Of a stretch of 64,000 nucleotides of DNA, positions 41,422-50,845 are shown in pieces; the stretch's first letter is position 1; each line of letters opens with the position of its first letter. Both the position numbers and the translations under genes were made by a program. Where the stretch lies: assembly GCA_963716255.1 (NCBI GenBank), contig OY970303.1, positions 96,001 through 160,000 on the forward strand, given 5' to 3'. This stretch comes from an uncultured Gemmatimonadales bacterium. GTDB lineage: Bacteria > Gemmatimonadota > Gemmatimonadetes > Longimicrobiales > Longimicrobiaceae. Under the pieces are notes generated by a model that saw only the letters and a program-made list of their open reading frames with translations, was not told the DNA's origin and searched no databases.

Positions 41422-44037
41422 ATGGAGTGTCCCCGTTGCAGCATGCCAATCCCAGAAGGCGAGAATTGTCCGGTGTGCTCACTGGAGGTGCAGCCCCCCG
41501 GCGTAGAGCCACAGGCCGAGCAATGGCAGGACTCCGTTGATGAGGTCGAAGCAGCGGCAAATGCCGCCACAGCGGCCGAAGCAGCTGCGACAGCGGCCAC
41601 CGGGACGACCGCGACGACCGACGGCACGGCGTACTCGCCTTCCGACGTGGCACCGGAAGAGAGCAAGTCTGGCCCCGGCGATGTGAACGAGAATGATCCA
41701 CCGCCCGTTCCGGGATCCACCGAGATCGATGCGAACGAAGTCGGCGACGTCATCACGGTCAATGGCAACCGCGCGGCGTTCGTCGGCGCGGTGAACAATT
41801 ACAATTACTACGGCGCCACATCCGAAGTGGAAGAGGAGACGGTCGCGGCGCTGCTGGAGAAGACCACGGAGTTCGAGCTGGACAGCCTCCCCTGGGCGGC
41901 GCTGGACGCGGAGGAGGTCGCCCGCCATGCACGCGTGCTCGCGGAGGAAGGGCTCCTGCTCGTCAGCTGCGTGGACCGCTCGCTGGCCCGCGCCGCCGTT
42001 CAGGCCGTGGTCGCCGCGCTGGAGCTGGAGCCCGCGCGTGTGCGGCTCCTCGGCTTCGGCCGGTTGGGGACCGACCAGGCGTCGCTCACAATTCACGACC
42101 TGCTGAAGTGGAAAGTCGACACGGACACCCGGACGATCGTGGTGGCCGACGCCGACAGCGTGCACGCGCAGCCGTTCCTCGACTCCCTCCTGGGCAGGGA
42201 TGGCGCCTTCCTGGCCACCTACGTCCGCCGTTCGCTGGCCCAGCGCAAGCTCCGGCTGGTCTGCCTGGCCGAGCCCTCGCGGTACGCCGCGCTGACCCGC
42301 GCGGGCGAAGAGTCCGGGTTCACCCACTGGACGGTCCCGTTCCTGGAGCCGTTTCTACGGCGCGAGTTCGCCGGCGACCACGAGGCGCTGCACTCCGCGA
42401 TCCTGCGGCAACGGGACGAGGGGCGGTGGAGCCGCGACGACGCGGAGCTGTGGCACCAGGTCCGGACTTTCTGGGGCCAGGGGCGCCTGCGCGAGGTGGT
42501 GGTTGACGGCGGCATCCGCGTGCAGCCGATGGTGGTGGACGAGCAGCGACCCATGCACCAGATCGTGCTGTTCACGGCCGCGTTCTTCACGGCACTCAGC
42601 TCCACGGACTTCGATCGGGTGGTCACCGCCCTGCTGGGAGACGCCACCATCCCTATGGCCGTCCCGACGGCGCCGGGCGCGAGCGAGACCGCCGCCCCCG
42701 CCGCGCACCGCGACAAGCCGCTCGCTCAGCTGTGGCGCGAGTGTGCCGACCGCATCAGGGACGAGTGCGGGCTGGTGGTGATGCGCGACCCCGCCGCCCG
42801 CCAGGTCGTGGAGTTTCGGGAGCCCGGGGCCCGCGACGCGCTTCGGCGGCGACTGGAAGAGGAATACCCGTTCCACCTGCACACCACCTTCGACCGGCTG
42901 CACGGCACCGGCCTCCTGTTCGCCGGCTCCGACGCCGTGGCGGCCAACGTGGTCCGCGTCACCGCGCACATGGCGGAGGGCCACCCCGAGACCTACGGCC
43001 GGGACTGGGTGGTGGGGATGCTGGTGGTGAGCCGCGTCCGCACGGCGGACACCCTCCCGCTGCACCACGTGATGCGGCGGTTCGGGGAGCTGCTCCGCGA
43101 GCTCTCCGCGCGCCCGGCGGTGCGCCCCCTGGTGGAACAGGTGCTGAACTGGCTGCTGGGGGTGCCCGACTTCCATGCCACCGTGTTTGCGCTGGCCGGG
43201 CAGCTCCGGTTCGCGCCCGAGTTCGACGTGCTCCGCTGGCTGCGCCAGCTCATCGACCGTGGTGATGCGAACGCTCGCGCGGCGGCCTTCACCTTCCTGT
43301 ATCGGGAGCTCCTCGCCGTCGGCGGGCAGGTGTACCCCACCCTGCACACCCTGGCGGACTGGCTCCCGCCCGAGGACGCCAGGACCGGCCGATACTCGCT
43401 CTCCCAGCGGTACGCCTTGCGCCTGCTGGTGGAGTACGCCGCGACCACCGCCGCCCGCTTCGACCCGGAGTGCTACGGCGAGCGGCCCGTCCGATACCCC
43501 CTGCTGGCCGTGGGCGCAGAGACCGGTCGGCGCGACCTGGGACTGCTCGTCCGCTGGCTCCTGCACCCCGGGATCTCCGAGGCCGTCCGTGACGGCATCG
43601 CCCGGCGGGGAATCCCGCGCCTGGTGGCGGCGCTGGTGGCGGAGTGGACGTTCATTCTGTTCGGCCCCCACGAGATCCCCACCCCGCCCCGCCCCGACAC
43701 CGCCCGGCCGGGCGCACCGGTCGCCCTCTCCGAAGCCGCGGAACCGGGGGATGCGCAGCCTAGGGCCGACGGGGACGACGGGGCGGCGTCTCCCGAATAC
43801 GTCTTCGAGGTCCTGCTGGAAGAGCTCACGGCGCGAACCCGGACTCGCGAGGGCCGCGAGGCCGGCCGGGAGATGCTGTCCTACTGGCAGGAGATGACCC
43901 GGCTGCACCTCCCGTCTCCGAAGACGAGCCGCGCGGCGCGCAAAGAGCTGGAGTGGAAGCGGGGCCTGTTCCGCGCCCTTCTCCTCCGGTACCGCGCCCT
44001 GCAGACCGCTCCGGCCCCATCGGCCCCCACCCCGTGA
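41422..44037 (+). CDS. Zn-ribbon + motif + inactive STAND-like NTPase with helical C-terminal region
   Basis: GGAG RBS; CPRC/CPVC; degenerate P-loop region LAEEGLLLVSCVDRSLAR and IVVAD; helical repeat-like remainder; fold is inferred. Confidence 0.65.
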   Translation: MECPRCSMPIPEGENCPVCSLEVQPPGVEPQAEQWQDSVDEVEAAANAATAAEAAATAATGTTATTDGTAYSPSDVAPEESKSGPGDVNENDPPPVPGSTEIDANEVGDVITVNGNRAAFVGAVNNYNYYGATSEVEEETVAALLEKTTEFELDSLPWAALDAEEVARHARVLAEEGLLLVSCVDRSLARAAVQAVVAALELEPARVRLLGFGRLGTDQASLTIHDLLKWKVDTDTRTIVVADADSVHAQPFLDSLLGRDGAFLATYVRRSLAQRKLRLVCLAEPSRYAALTRAGEESGFTHWTVPFLEPFLRREFAGDHEALHSAILRQRDEGRWSRDDAELWHQVRTFWGQGRLREVVVDGGIRVQPMVVDEQRPMHQIVLFTAAFFTALSSTDFDRVVTALLGDATIPMAVPTAPGASETAAPAAHRDKPLAQLWRECADRIRDECGLVVMRDPAARQVVEFREPGARDALRRRLEEEYPFHLHTTFDRLHGTGLLFAGSDAVAANVVRVTAHMAEGHPETYGRDWVVGMLVVSRVRTADTLPLHHVMRRFGELLRELSARPAVRPLVEQVLNWLLGVPDFHATVFALAGQLRFAPEFDVLRWLRQLIDRGDANARAAAFTFLYRELLAVGGQVYPTLHTLADWLPPEDARTGRYSLSQRYALRLLVEYAATTAARFDPECYGERPVRYPLLAVGAETGRRDLGLLVRWLLHPGISEAVRDGIARRGIPRLVAALVAEWTFILFGPHEIPTPPRPDTARPGAPVALSEAAEPGDAQPRADGDDGAASPEYVFEVLLEELTARTRTREGREAGREMLSYWQEMTRLHLPSPKTSRAARKELEWKRGLFRALLLRYRALQTAPAPSAPTP

Positions 44038-44052
44038 ACACACGAGGCTGAC

Positions 44053-47000
44053 ATGGCACAGACGTACCCTCTGGATCGGGTGATCCGCAAGGTCCCGCCG
44101 GGCGGCGCCACGGCGGACGCGCAGCGGATCGTGACCGTGCTCGTCGGAGAGCGGACGGTGGTGCCTCGCAGGCCGTTCCCGTGGAGTGACGTGCAGTACT
44201 TCCTCGTCTCCCACCACGGCGACCCCACCCACCAGTGCCGGGTGGAGATCCCGGCCGTCGCCCTGGCGGACCTGGACGAGCAGGTGGAAGTGTCCGTGAA
44301 CCTGCTGGTCAACTGCCCGCCGGGTGACGAGGCGCGGGTGACCCTGGCGCTGTTCGACCCGGTGGACGCCCCGCACGCGATGCTGGAGCGGCACGTGGTC
44401 CGCTGCCTCCGCGACCTGGGCCAGGCCGACGTGGGCGCGTTCACGCGGCGATTCTTCGCCGATCCGGCTGCCGTCCAGCAGGACCTCGCCGAGGCGCTAG
44501 CGCGCGGTACGGGGCTGCGCGTCCACGCCCGGCTCTCGCTGGACCAGGGTCCCGACCGCGACGTGGTGCGCGTGGAGGTGGCCCACCTCGCCGTCCTGGC
44601 CGCCGACTGGGACGAGGAGCAGGACCTGGCGATCCGGGTCGACCTCGAGGTGGACGACGCTGGCTTGGCCGACGCCGTCCTGAGCCGGGCGCGGATGCCG
44701 GAGCTGAACGTCATCGTGCCCCGGGAGATCCGCGCCTTCGTGCGGCGGCGGATCTCGCTCGCGGAGCTCCCGAGGATCGGCGCCGGGGCGGCCAGGCAGG
44801 CGCTGGTGAGCCACCTCGACGACGTGCTGCGCCCGCTCGGACGGCGCGTGGGCGCCCTGGTGCTGCAGCCCGCGAACGTGCAGGGAGCTCCCCCGGACCA
44901 GCTTGCCGTCCTGGAAGTGGTGGACGTGCCCTGCACCGTGCGGGAGTATCCCAGGCCCGTCACGATCGCGAACCGGGTGCTCCTGCGGGTGGTGGACCTG
45001 GTGAGGTATCGCGGCGAGGCGTCGCCCGAGCTGCGCACGTGGCTGCGCGATACGCTGAACCGGCTGGTCCCGGAGACCCTGTTCGAGGCGCGCTACACGG
45101 ACCTGCTGCTGCGATTCGATCGCTGGGAGGAGCGGATCAAGCAGGCCGTACGCGCGGCGGCGGAGGGAATCGGGTGCGAGATCAGCCAGTTCATCACCGA
45201 TCCCGACCTCCCCGAGAAGATTCTCGTCAAGCCGTTCGTCATCCGCACCGAGGGGGCCTTCGAGACCCGGCTGCACGGCGTGGACGCGAAGCTGGAGGTG
45301 GTGGTCACGGCGCGCATCCCCCGCCTGGAAGACATCGCCTCGCTCCTCGCCCGGGAGCCCGACATCCCCCGCGCCATGGAAGAAGCCGTCCGCACCGCCC
45401 TGGAGGCGCGGATGCACGCGCTGCACCCCGAGCGCTTCTACATGCGGTTCGGCTTCGCCGACCCGGTGCGCCACGCCGAGGAGACGCAGTCGGTGGAAGC
45501 GGAGCTGATGGAGCACGTGGAACGCCGGCTCACGGAGGGCGAGTTCCACGCCGAGGTCGTCGGAACCGTCATCAAGATCGTGGAAACGGACCTCATCCGC
45601 CGCTTCCGCGAGCTGCAGGAGGCTACCCCCGACTTCGTCCTGCGCGTGGAGTCGCTCGACGCGGAGGTGGTGGATTTCGCCGCCAACCTCCGGGTGGGAG
45701 CCGTGCACTACGACGGCTGGCAGCGGTTCCGCGTCCTGACCGGCGGAATCGAGCAGATCACCGCTAGGGTGCGGGACCAGGTGGACACCGTGCTCCACAC
45801 CCTCCCCGCCGCGGAGCTGCTCTATCAGGGCGAGGCGGAGCGGAGCGCGCTGGAGGCCCGGGTGTCCGCGGCCGTACTGCAGTACGCCGCCGAGCAGTTC
45901 GGCCTCGTGGTGCACCTGGCCAATTTCCGCCGCACCCGCACGGAGAGCGAAACCGCGTACCACGCCACCCTGCGCGGCGAGTGGCAGCGCGAGGCAGAGG
46001 CCCGCGCGCGGCTCCAGGAAACCGCCGTCGGCGCCAGGCTCAACGAGTACGCTGGCATGGCCGCGGCCATTGAGCGGCTGACGGAGCGGTGCACTGAGCT
46101 GTACGGGGTGGAGGGTGAAGAGAAGGAGCTGGCGCGGGTGGAGCGCGAGATCGCCGCGCTCTCGTCGCGCCTGCGCGAACACTCCCGGCTCCCGCTGGAC
46201 GCGGGTCCAGACCGCGACGTGGTGCGGGTGGAGATGGCCCACCTTGCCGTCTTCGCCTCCGACTGGGACGAGGAGCAGGGCCTGGCGATCCGGATCGACC
46301 TCGAGTTGGGCGACACCGGACGGGCCGACGTCGTCCTGAGCCGCGCGCGGCTGCCGGACCTGCACGCCATCGTGCCCCGGGAGATCCGCGCCTTCGTGCG
46401 GCGGCAAATCTCGCTCGCGGAGTTCCCCAAGATCGGAGCGGGGGAGGCCAGGCAGGCGCTGGTGAGCCACCTGGACGAAGTGCTGCGCCCCCTCGGACGG
46501 CGCGTGGGCGCCCTTGTGCTGCAGCCCGGGAACGTGCTGGCGGCGCCTCAAGACCAGCCGTCCGTCCTGGAAGTGGTGGACGTGCCCTGCACCGTGCGGG
46601 AGTATCCCAGGCCCGTCACGATCGCGAACCGGGTGCTCCTGCGGGTGGTGGACCTCGTGAAGTATCGCGGCGAGGCGTCGCCCGAGCTGCGCACGTGGCT
46701 GCGCGATACGCTGAACCGGCTGGTCCCGGAGACCCTGTTCGATGCGTGCTACACGGACCTGCTGCTGCGATTCGATCGCTGGGAGGAGCGGATCAAGCAG
46801 GCCGTTCACGCCGCGGCGGAGAGAATCGGGTGCGAGATCAGCCAGTTCATCACCGATCCCGACCTCCCCGAGAAGATTCTCGTCAAGCCGTTCGTCATCC
46901 GCACCGAGGGGGCCTTCGAGACCCGGCTGCACGGCGTGGAGGCGAAGCTGGAGGTGGTGGTCACGGCGCGCATCCCCCGCCTGGAAGACATCGCCTCGCT

Positions 47001-47982
47001 CCTCGCCCGGGAGCCCGACATCCCTCGCGCCATGGAAGTGGCCGTCCGCACCGCGATCGAGGTGGGGATGCACACGCTGCACCCCGAGCGCTTCTACATT
47101 CGGTTCGGCTTTGCCGACCCGCTGCGCCACGCCGAGGAGACGCAGTCGGTGGAAGCGGAGCTGATGGAGCTCGTGGAACGCCGGCTCACGGAGGGCGAGT
47201 TCCACGCCGAGGTCGTCGGCACCGTCATCAAGATCGTGGAACCGGACCTCATCCGCGGCTTCCGCGAGCTGCAGGAGGCTACCCCCGACTTCGTCCTGCG
47301 CGTGGAGTCGCTCGACGCGGAGGTGGTGGATTTCGCCGCCAGCCTCCGGGTGGTGGCCGTGCACAACGACGGCTGGCAGCGGTTCCGCGTCCTGACCGGC
47401 GGTATCGAGCAGATCACCGCCAATGTGCGGGACCAGGTGGACACCGTGCTCCACACCCTCCCCGCGGCGGAACTGCTCTACCAGGGCGAGGCGGAGCGGA
47501 GCGCGCTGGAGGCCCGGGTGTCCACGGCCGTGCTGCAGTACGCCACCGAGCAGTTCGGCCTCGTGGTGCGGCTGTCCAATTTCCGCCGCACTCGCACGGA
47601 GAGCGAAACCGCGTACCACGCCACCCTGCGCGGCGAGTGGCAGCGCGAGGTGAAGACCCACGCACGACTCCAGGAAGCCGCCGCTGGCGCCCGGCTCAAC
47701 GAGTACGTCGGCATGGCCGCGGCCATCGAGCGGCTGACGGAGCGGCGCACCGAACTGTACGGAGTGGAGGGCGAGGAGGAGGAACTGGAGCGGGTGGAGC
47801 GCGACATCGCCGCGCTCGAGTCGCGCATGGGAACGGTGCCCGCTGCCTCCGCCGCGCAACTGCGCAGGCGGGCCAGCGGGACGGCCGCGGTGGACCGGGC
47901 GTTCCCCGCCGGGGCGGCCGTGGACGCGGTGGATCTAGTGTACGAAGGCGAGCCGGAGGCCGCGCCGACGGTCGAGTCATGA
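44053..47982 (+). CDS. Multi-SPFH/band-7-like protein with 552-aa internal duplication
   Basis: 1656-bp period DNA duplication; repeated beta-beta-alpha-alpha-G-beta units followed by coiled coil; SPFH assignment inferred. Confidence 0.7.
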   Translation: MAQTYPLDRVIRKVPPGGATADAQRIVTVLVGERTVVPRRPFPWSDVQYFLVSHHGDPTHQCRVEIPAVALADLDEQVEVSVNLLVNCPPGDEARVTLALFDPVDAPHAMLERHVVRCLRDLGQADVGAFTRRFFADPAAVQQDLAEALARGTGLRVHARLSLDQGPDRDVVRVEVAHLAVLAADWDEEQDLAIRVDLEVDDAGLADAVLSRARMPELNVIVPREIRAFVRRRISLAELPRIGAGAARQALVSHLDDVLRPLGRRVGALVLQPANVQGAPPDQLAVLEVVDVPCTVREYPRPVTIANRVLLRVVDLVRYRGEASPELRTWLRDTLNRLVPETLFEARYTDLLLRFDRWEERIKQAVRAAAEGIGCEISQFITDPDLPEKILVKPFVIRTEGAFETRLHGVDAKLEVVVTARIPRLEDIASLLAREPDIPRAMEEAVRTALEARMHALHPERFYMRFGFADPVRHAEETQSVEAELMEHVERRLTEGEFHAEVVGTVIKIVETDLIRRFRELQEATPDFVLRVESLDAEVVDFAANLRVGAVHYDGWQRFRVLTGGIEQITARVRDQVDTVLHTLPAAELLYQGEAERSALEARVSAAVLQYAAEQFGLVVHLANFRRTRTESETAYHATLRGEWQREAEARARLQETAVGARLNEYAGMAAAIERLTERCTELYGVEGEEKELARVEREIAALSSRLREHSRLPLDAGPDRDVVRVEMAHLAVFASDWDEEQGLAIRIDLELGDTGRADVVLSRARLPDLHAIVPREIRAFVRRQISLAEFPKIGAGEARQALVSHLDEVLRPLGRRVGALVLQPGNVLAAPQDQPSVLEVVDVPCTVREYPRPVTIANRVLLRVVDLVKYRGEASPELRTWLRDTLNRLVPETLFDACYTDLLLRFDRWEERIKQAVHAAAERIGCEISQFITDPDLPEKILVKPFVIRTEGAFETRLHGVEAKLEVVVTARIPRLEDIASLLAREPDIPRAMEVAVRTAIEVGMHTLHPERFYIRFGFADPLRHAEETQSVEAELMELVERRLTEGEFHAEVVGTVIKIVEPDLIRGFRELQEATPDFVLRVESLDAEVVDFAASLRVVAVHNDGWQRFRVLTGGIEQITANVRDQVDTVLHTLPAAELLYQGEAERSALEARVSTAVLQYATEQFGLVVRLSNFRRTRTESETAYHATLRGEWQREVKTHARLQEAAAGARLNEYVGMAAAIERLTERRTELYGVEGEEEELERVERDIAALESRMGTVPAASAAQLRRRASGTAAVDRAFPAGAAVDAVDLVYEGEPEAAPTVES
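44539..47830 (+). repeat. Intragenic tandem duplication, unit 1656 bp
   Basis: 44539 and 46195 both begin CTGGAC...GGTCC.GACCGCGACGTGGTGCG; long identical runs between units. Confidence 0.95.
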
Positions 47983-49481
47983 GCACGCGCGCGCTCGCCG
48001 ACCCGGGCGTTCGCCGCCGGGTCGCCGGCACCGACCCCGCGCGGTGGGCGCTGCAGCCGGAGTTCTGGCGAGGCCAGCCGGCGCTCCTCGTCACCCTGGG
48101 AGGAAGCCTGCTCGGGATCATCCTCCTGGCCCCGTTCACCTACAGCGGCGCCACCTCCATTCTGTCGCTGCTCGTGCAGGCGCTCGCGGTGTGGGGAGTC
48201 GTGATCGCGGCGCGCGGGCTAGCCGCGGCAGACGTGGACCTGGCCCTGATCCACGAGCTGGACGAGCGCAGCTCCGGCTACCTAGCCGGGCTGGCGGCCC
48301 AGGGCGAGAGCCGAATGGACTTGGACAGGCTGGAGCGTACCCTGGTTCCCAACAACCCGGCGGCCCCCGTGCCCGGCCCCATCCGCATCTTCCAGCAGGT
48401 CTGCAAGGAAGCGCGGGACCGCCGGTTCGAGTCGGCGAGCACACTGGTGCAGCCGTATCGGGACGAGGCCACGGAAGACCTCTTCCGCCTGCAGAACCTG
48501 CAGAAGATCGCGCTCTGGATGGGCATCCTGGGCACCTTCGTGGGACTGCTGATCGCCCTGCGGGAAAGCGGCGGGACCGTGGTGAGCGACGGCGCGCTCA
48601 CCGCGCTGGTGGAGGAGATGTACGGCGGCCTCTTCGTATCGTTCACGGCCAGCGTCGCCGGCCTGGAGGTGGCGATCATCCTGAGCTTCGTCCTGCTGCT
48701 GCTGCGCAAGCGCCAGGAGCTGTGCTTCGCCCGGATGGAGAGCGTGGCCGTGACGTTGCTGTCGGCCGCGCGGCACGCCATCAACCACGACGACTTCATC
48801 CACGAGTTCGCGCAGGTGAACACCACCGTCCGCGACCTCGCCAACCGGGTCCACGAGCAGACCCGGGGCATCGTCGACCGGCTGAACGGGGTGGAGTCGC
48901 GACTGTGGGATCAGAACGAGCGGATCGACGCCGGGCTAGAGCGGCTGGCCGGAGCGCGGAGCGAGTTCGAGCGCTTCCTGCAGAACGTGAGCGACGCCGA
49001 ACACCAGTTCCTCGGCGAGCTGGCCAGGCTCTTCGAGGCCGCGTCGTTCCGGGACCTGGCCCAGACCCTCCATGATGGCACACGCGAGGTGGGGGATCGA
49101 CTGACCGGGCGGCTGGACGACATGACGTCACGCAACGCCGCGCAGCTGGAGGCGTTCGACGCGTCCGTGCAAGCACTCACGGCCGCCGTGCAGGCCCAAT
49201 CGGCCGGGTTCGCGGCCAGTGTGGACCGCCTGGAGAGGGAGGTCACCGCGACCTCCGCGCGCAACGCCGAGGCGGTCCTGGCCGCATGTGCACGGTTAGC
49301 GTCGGTGGCAGAGCGGCTCCAGGGCGGCCCGAGATCGAGCGCGGCCGTGCTGGAACTGCTCGCGTCTCGTCTGGCGGAGCTGGACCGCACGCTCCGCCGG
49401 CAGACGTCGCCCAGGCTGCGCAACCTCCTGGTCTCCATCGTCCCCAGCGGGTGGAGGAACGGCGCCGGCAGCCACCGGTGA
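47979..49481 (+). CDS. MotA/TolQ/ExbB-family membrane protein with long helical tail (ZorA-like)
   Basis: ATGA overlap; LWMGILGTFVGLLIAL and GLFVSFTASVAGLEVAIILSF; ~250-aa coiled-coil-like tail. Confidence 0.78.
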   Translation: MSTRALADPGVRRRVAGTDPARWALQPEFWRGQPALLVTLGGSLLGIILLAPFTYSGATSILSLLVQALAVWGVVIAARGLAAADVDLALIHELDERSSGYLAGLAAQGESRMDLDRLERTLVPNNPAAPVPGPIRIFQQVCKEARDRRFESASTLVQPYRDEATEDLFRLQNLQKIALWMGILGTFVGLLIALRESGGTVVSDGALTALVEEMYGGLFVSFTASVAGLEVAIILSFVLLLLRKRQELCFARMESVAVTLLSAARHAINHDDFIHEFAQVNTTVRDLANRVHEQTRGIVDRLNGVESRLWDQNERIDAGLERLAGARSEFERFLQNVSDAEHQFLGELARLFEAASFRDLAQTLHDGTREVGDRLTGRLDDMTSRNAAQLEAFDASVQALTAAVQAQSAGFAASVDRLEREVTATSARNAEAVLAACARLASVAERLQGGPRSSAAVLELLASRLAELDRTLRRQTSPRLRNLLVSIVPSGWRNGAGSHR

Positions 49482-49511
49482 GGCGCCGACCCACCAAAGT
49501 GGAAGGGTACC

Positions 49512-50183
49512 ATGCGATCCTCGCTCCACCTGAACGACGACACCAACCAGTTCGGTCCCGGCTCCGACCTGATGATCTCACTGGCCGCCGTGCTGCTGAT
49601 GCTGACGGTGATCGTCTCGCACCTGTATGGACGAGAGCGGCTGCGGGCGGAGGAAGACAGGGCGAAGTACGAGACCTTGCGAACGGACTACGTGCGGGAC
49701 AGCACGCGCTTCGAGGAGCAGAGGGCGAGGTTTGCGCGGGATGTCGCCGCGGGGGGCTCGTTCCGCGTGGCAACGGCGTCCGTCCCCGCCGCCGATTTCC
49801 ATCCCTACCCCGTCACCCGGCTGGTCAGGCCCGAGCAGACGGAGCTGCGCGTGCAGCAGATCGTGGCGGAGTACCGGCGGCAGGACTACCCGTACATCTT
49901 CGTGATCGGCCACTCCAGCGCCACCGACGATCCCGCGGCCGCGGATCGCAGCCACCGCGCGCGGCTCCAGCGGAACTGGGAGTACGCGGGGCGCCGTGCC
50001 GCGCTCGTCGCCGCGCTTGTCGAGCCGCACCTAACGGAGGCGGAGCGCGGCGGGCTCGTGGTGATGACCATGGGCGAGCTCGACATGCGCGATCCCGCCA
50101 ACCCGCTGTCACAGGAGAATGCATGGGTCGAGGTCGTCTTCGGAAAGGAGTGGAAGCCCCCGTCGCGGGCTGCCGGGAGGTGA
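49512..50183 (+). CDS. MotB/OmpA-like membrane protein (ZorB-like)
   Basis: SDLMISLAAVLLML TM with conserved Asp; FVIGHSS..NWEYAGRRA OmpA-like motifs. Confidence 0.75.
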   Translation: MRSSLHLNDDTNQFGPGSDLMISLAAVLLMLTVIVSHLYGRERLRAEEDRAKYETLRTDYVRDSTRFEEQRARFARDVAAGGSFRVATASVPAADFHPYPVTRLVRPEQTELRVQQIVAEYRRQDYPYIFVIGHSSATDDPAAADRSHRARLQRNWEYAGRRAALVAALVEPHLTEAERGGLVVMTMGELDMRDPANPLSQENAWVEVVFGKEWKPPSRAAGR

Positions 50184-50212
50184 CCCGGTCACGGGGCCGG
50201 GGAAGCTCCGGC

Positions 50213-50569
50213 TCACCTCCCGGCCAGGAGCGCGTCCAGCCGCTTCGTGGAGAACCCGGCCGTCGCGCGGTCCCCTGCGACCACCACGGGCCGCGTGATG
50301 AAGGTGTACTCCTCCTCCATCAGCCGCAGCATCTCGTCCTCGGACACTTCGCGCTCGTGCAGCCCCATGGCGCGGTACTTCATGGCGCGCCGCGAGAACA
50401 GCTTGTCGGGCCCGCCGACGAGGTCCGCCAGCCGCCGCACCTCGTCGGCCGGGAGGCGGTCGGTCTTGAGGTCGTGGAAGCGGTCGACGGCCACGCCCCT
50501 GCCCTCCAGGTATGCGACGGCCTTCTGGCAGGTGGTGCAGTACGGCAGCCCGTAGACGGTTACGCCCAT
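50213..50569 (-). CDS. ArsC/Spx/YffB family protein
   Basis: VTVYGLPYCTTCQKA and FITRPVVV..GFS. Confidence 0.88.
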   Translation of the reverse strand: MGVTVYGLPYCTTCQKAVAYLEGRGVAVDRFHDLKTDRLPADEVRRLADLVGGPDKLFSRRAMKYRAMGLHEREVSEDEMLRLMEEEYTFITRPVVVAGDRATAGFSTKRLDALLAGR

Positions 50570-50636
50570 TGTGTCATCCAGAGGTGAGTGTGTGTGTAGT
50601 TGACGTTCGCCGTTCCGCAGTACCCCCATGGTCCGT

Positions 50637-50768
50637 TGCGGAGGGAGACTCGCCGGCTGTTTGGCGAGGCTCCCTCCGGCGCAGGGAGACCCGGAGGCAG
50701 TTTTCCGGGGCTCCCGGAGCCCGCGTAGGAAACAGGCCGGCAGTTTGGCCTGGTTCCGGAGCGGCCCC
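50637..50768 (-). repeat. Repeat family C (triple hairpin), copy 2
   Basis: Reverse complement aligns with 28122-28254; three AAACWGCC loops. Confidence 0.85.
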
Positions 50769-50845
50769 GGCGCGCCCAAAGCAGAAGGCCGCCCCAAACA
50801 ATAGAGCGGCCCCCGATCTTCCAGGTACGAGCTCGCGACAAAAAA

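Larger units (their letters stand above)
39947..50538. mobile_element. Genomic island bounded by ~300-bp direct repeats
   Basis: Direct repeat of the ArsC-family coding sequence at both ends; five co-directional accessory genes; no intact integrase inside. Confidence 0.7.
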
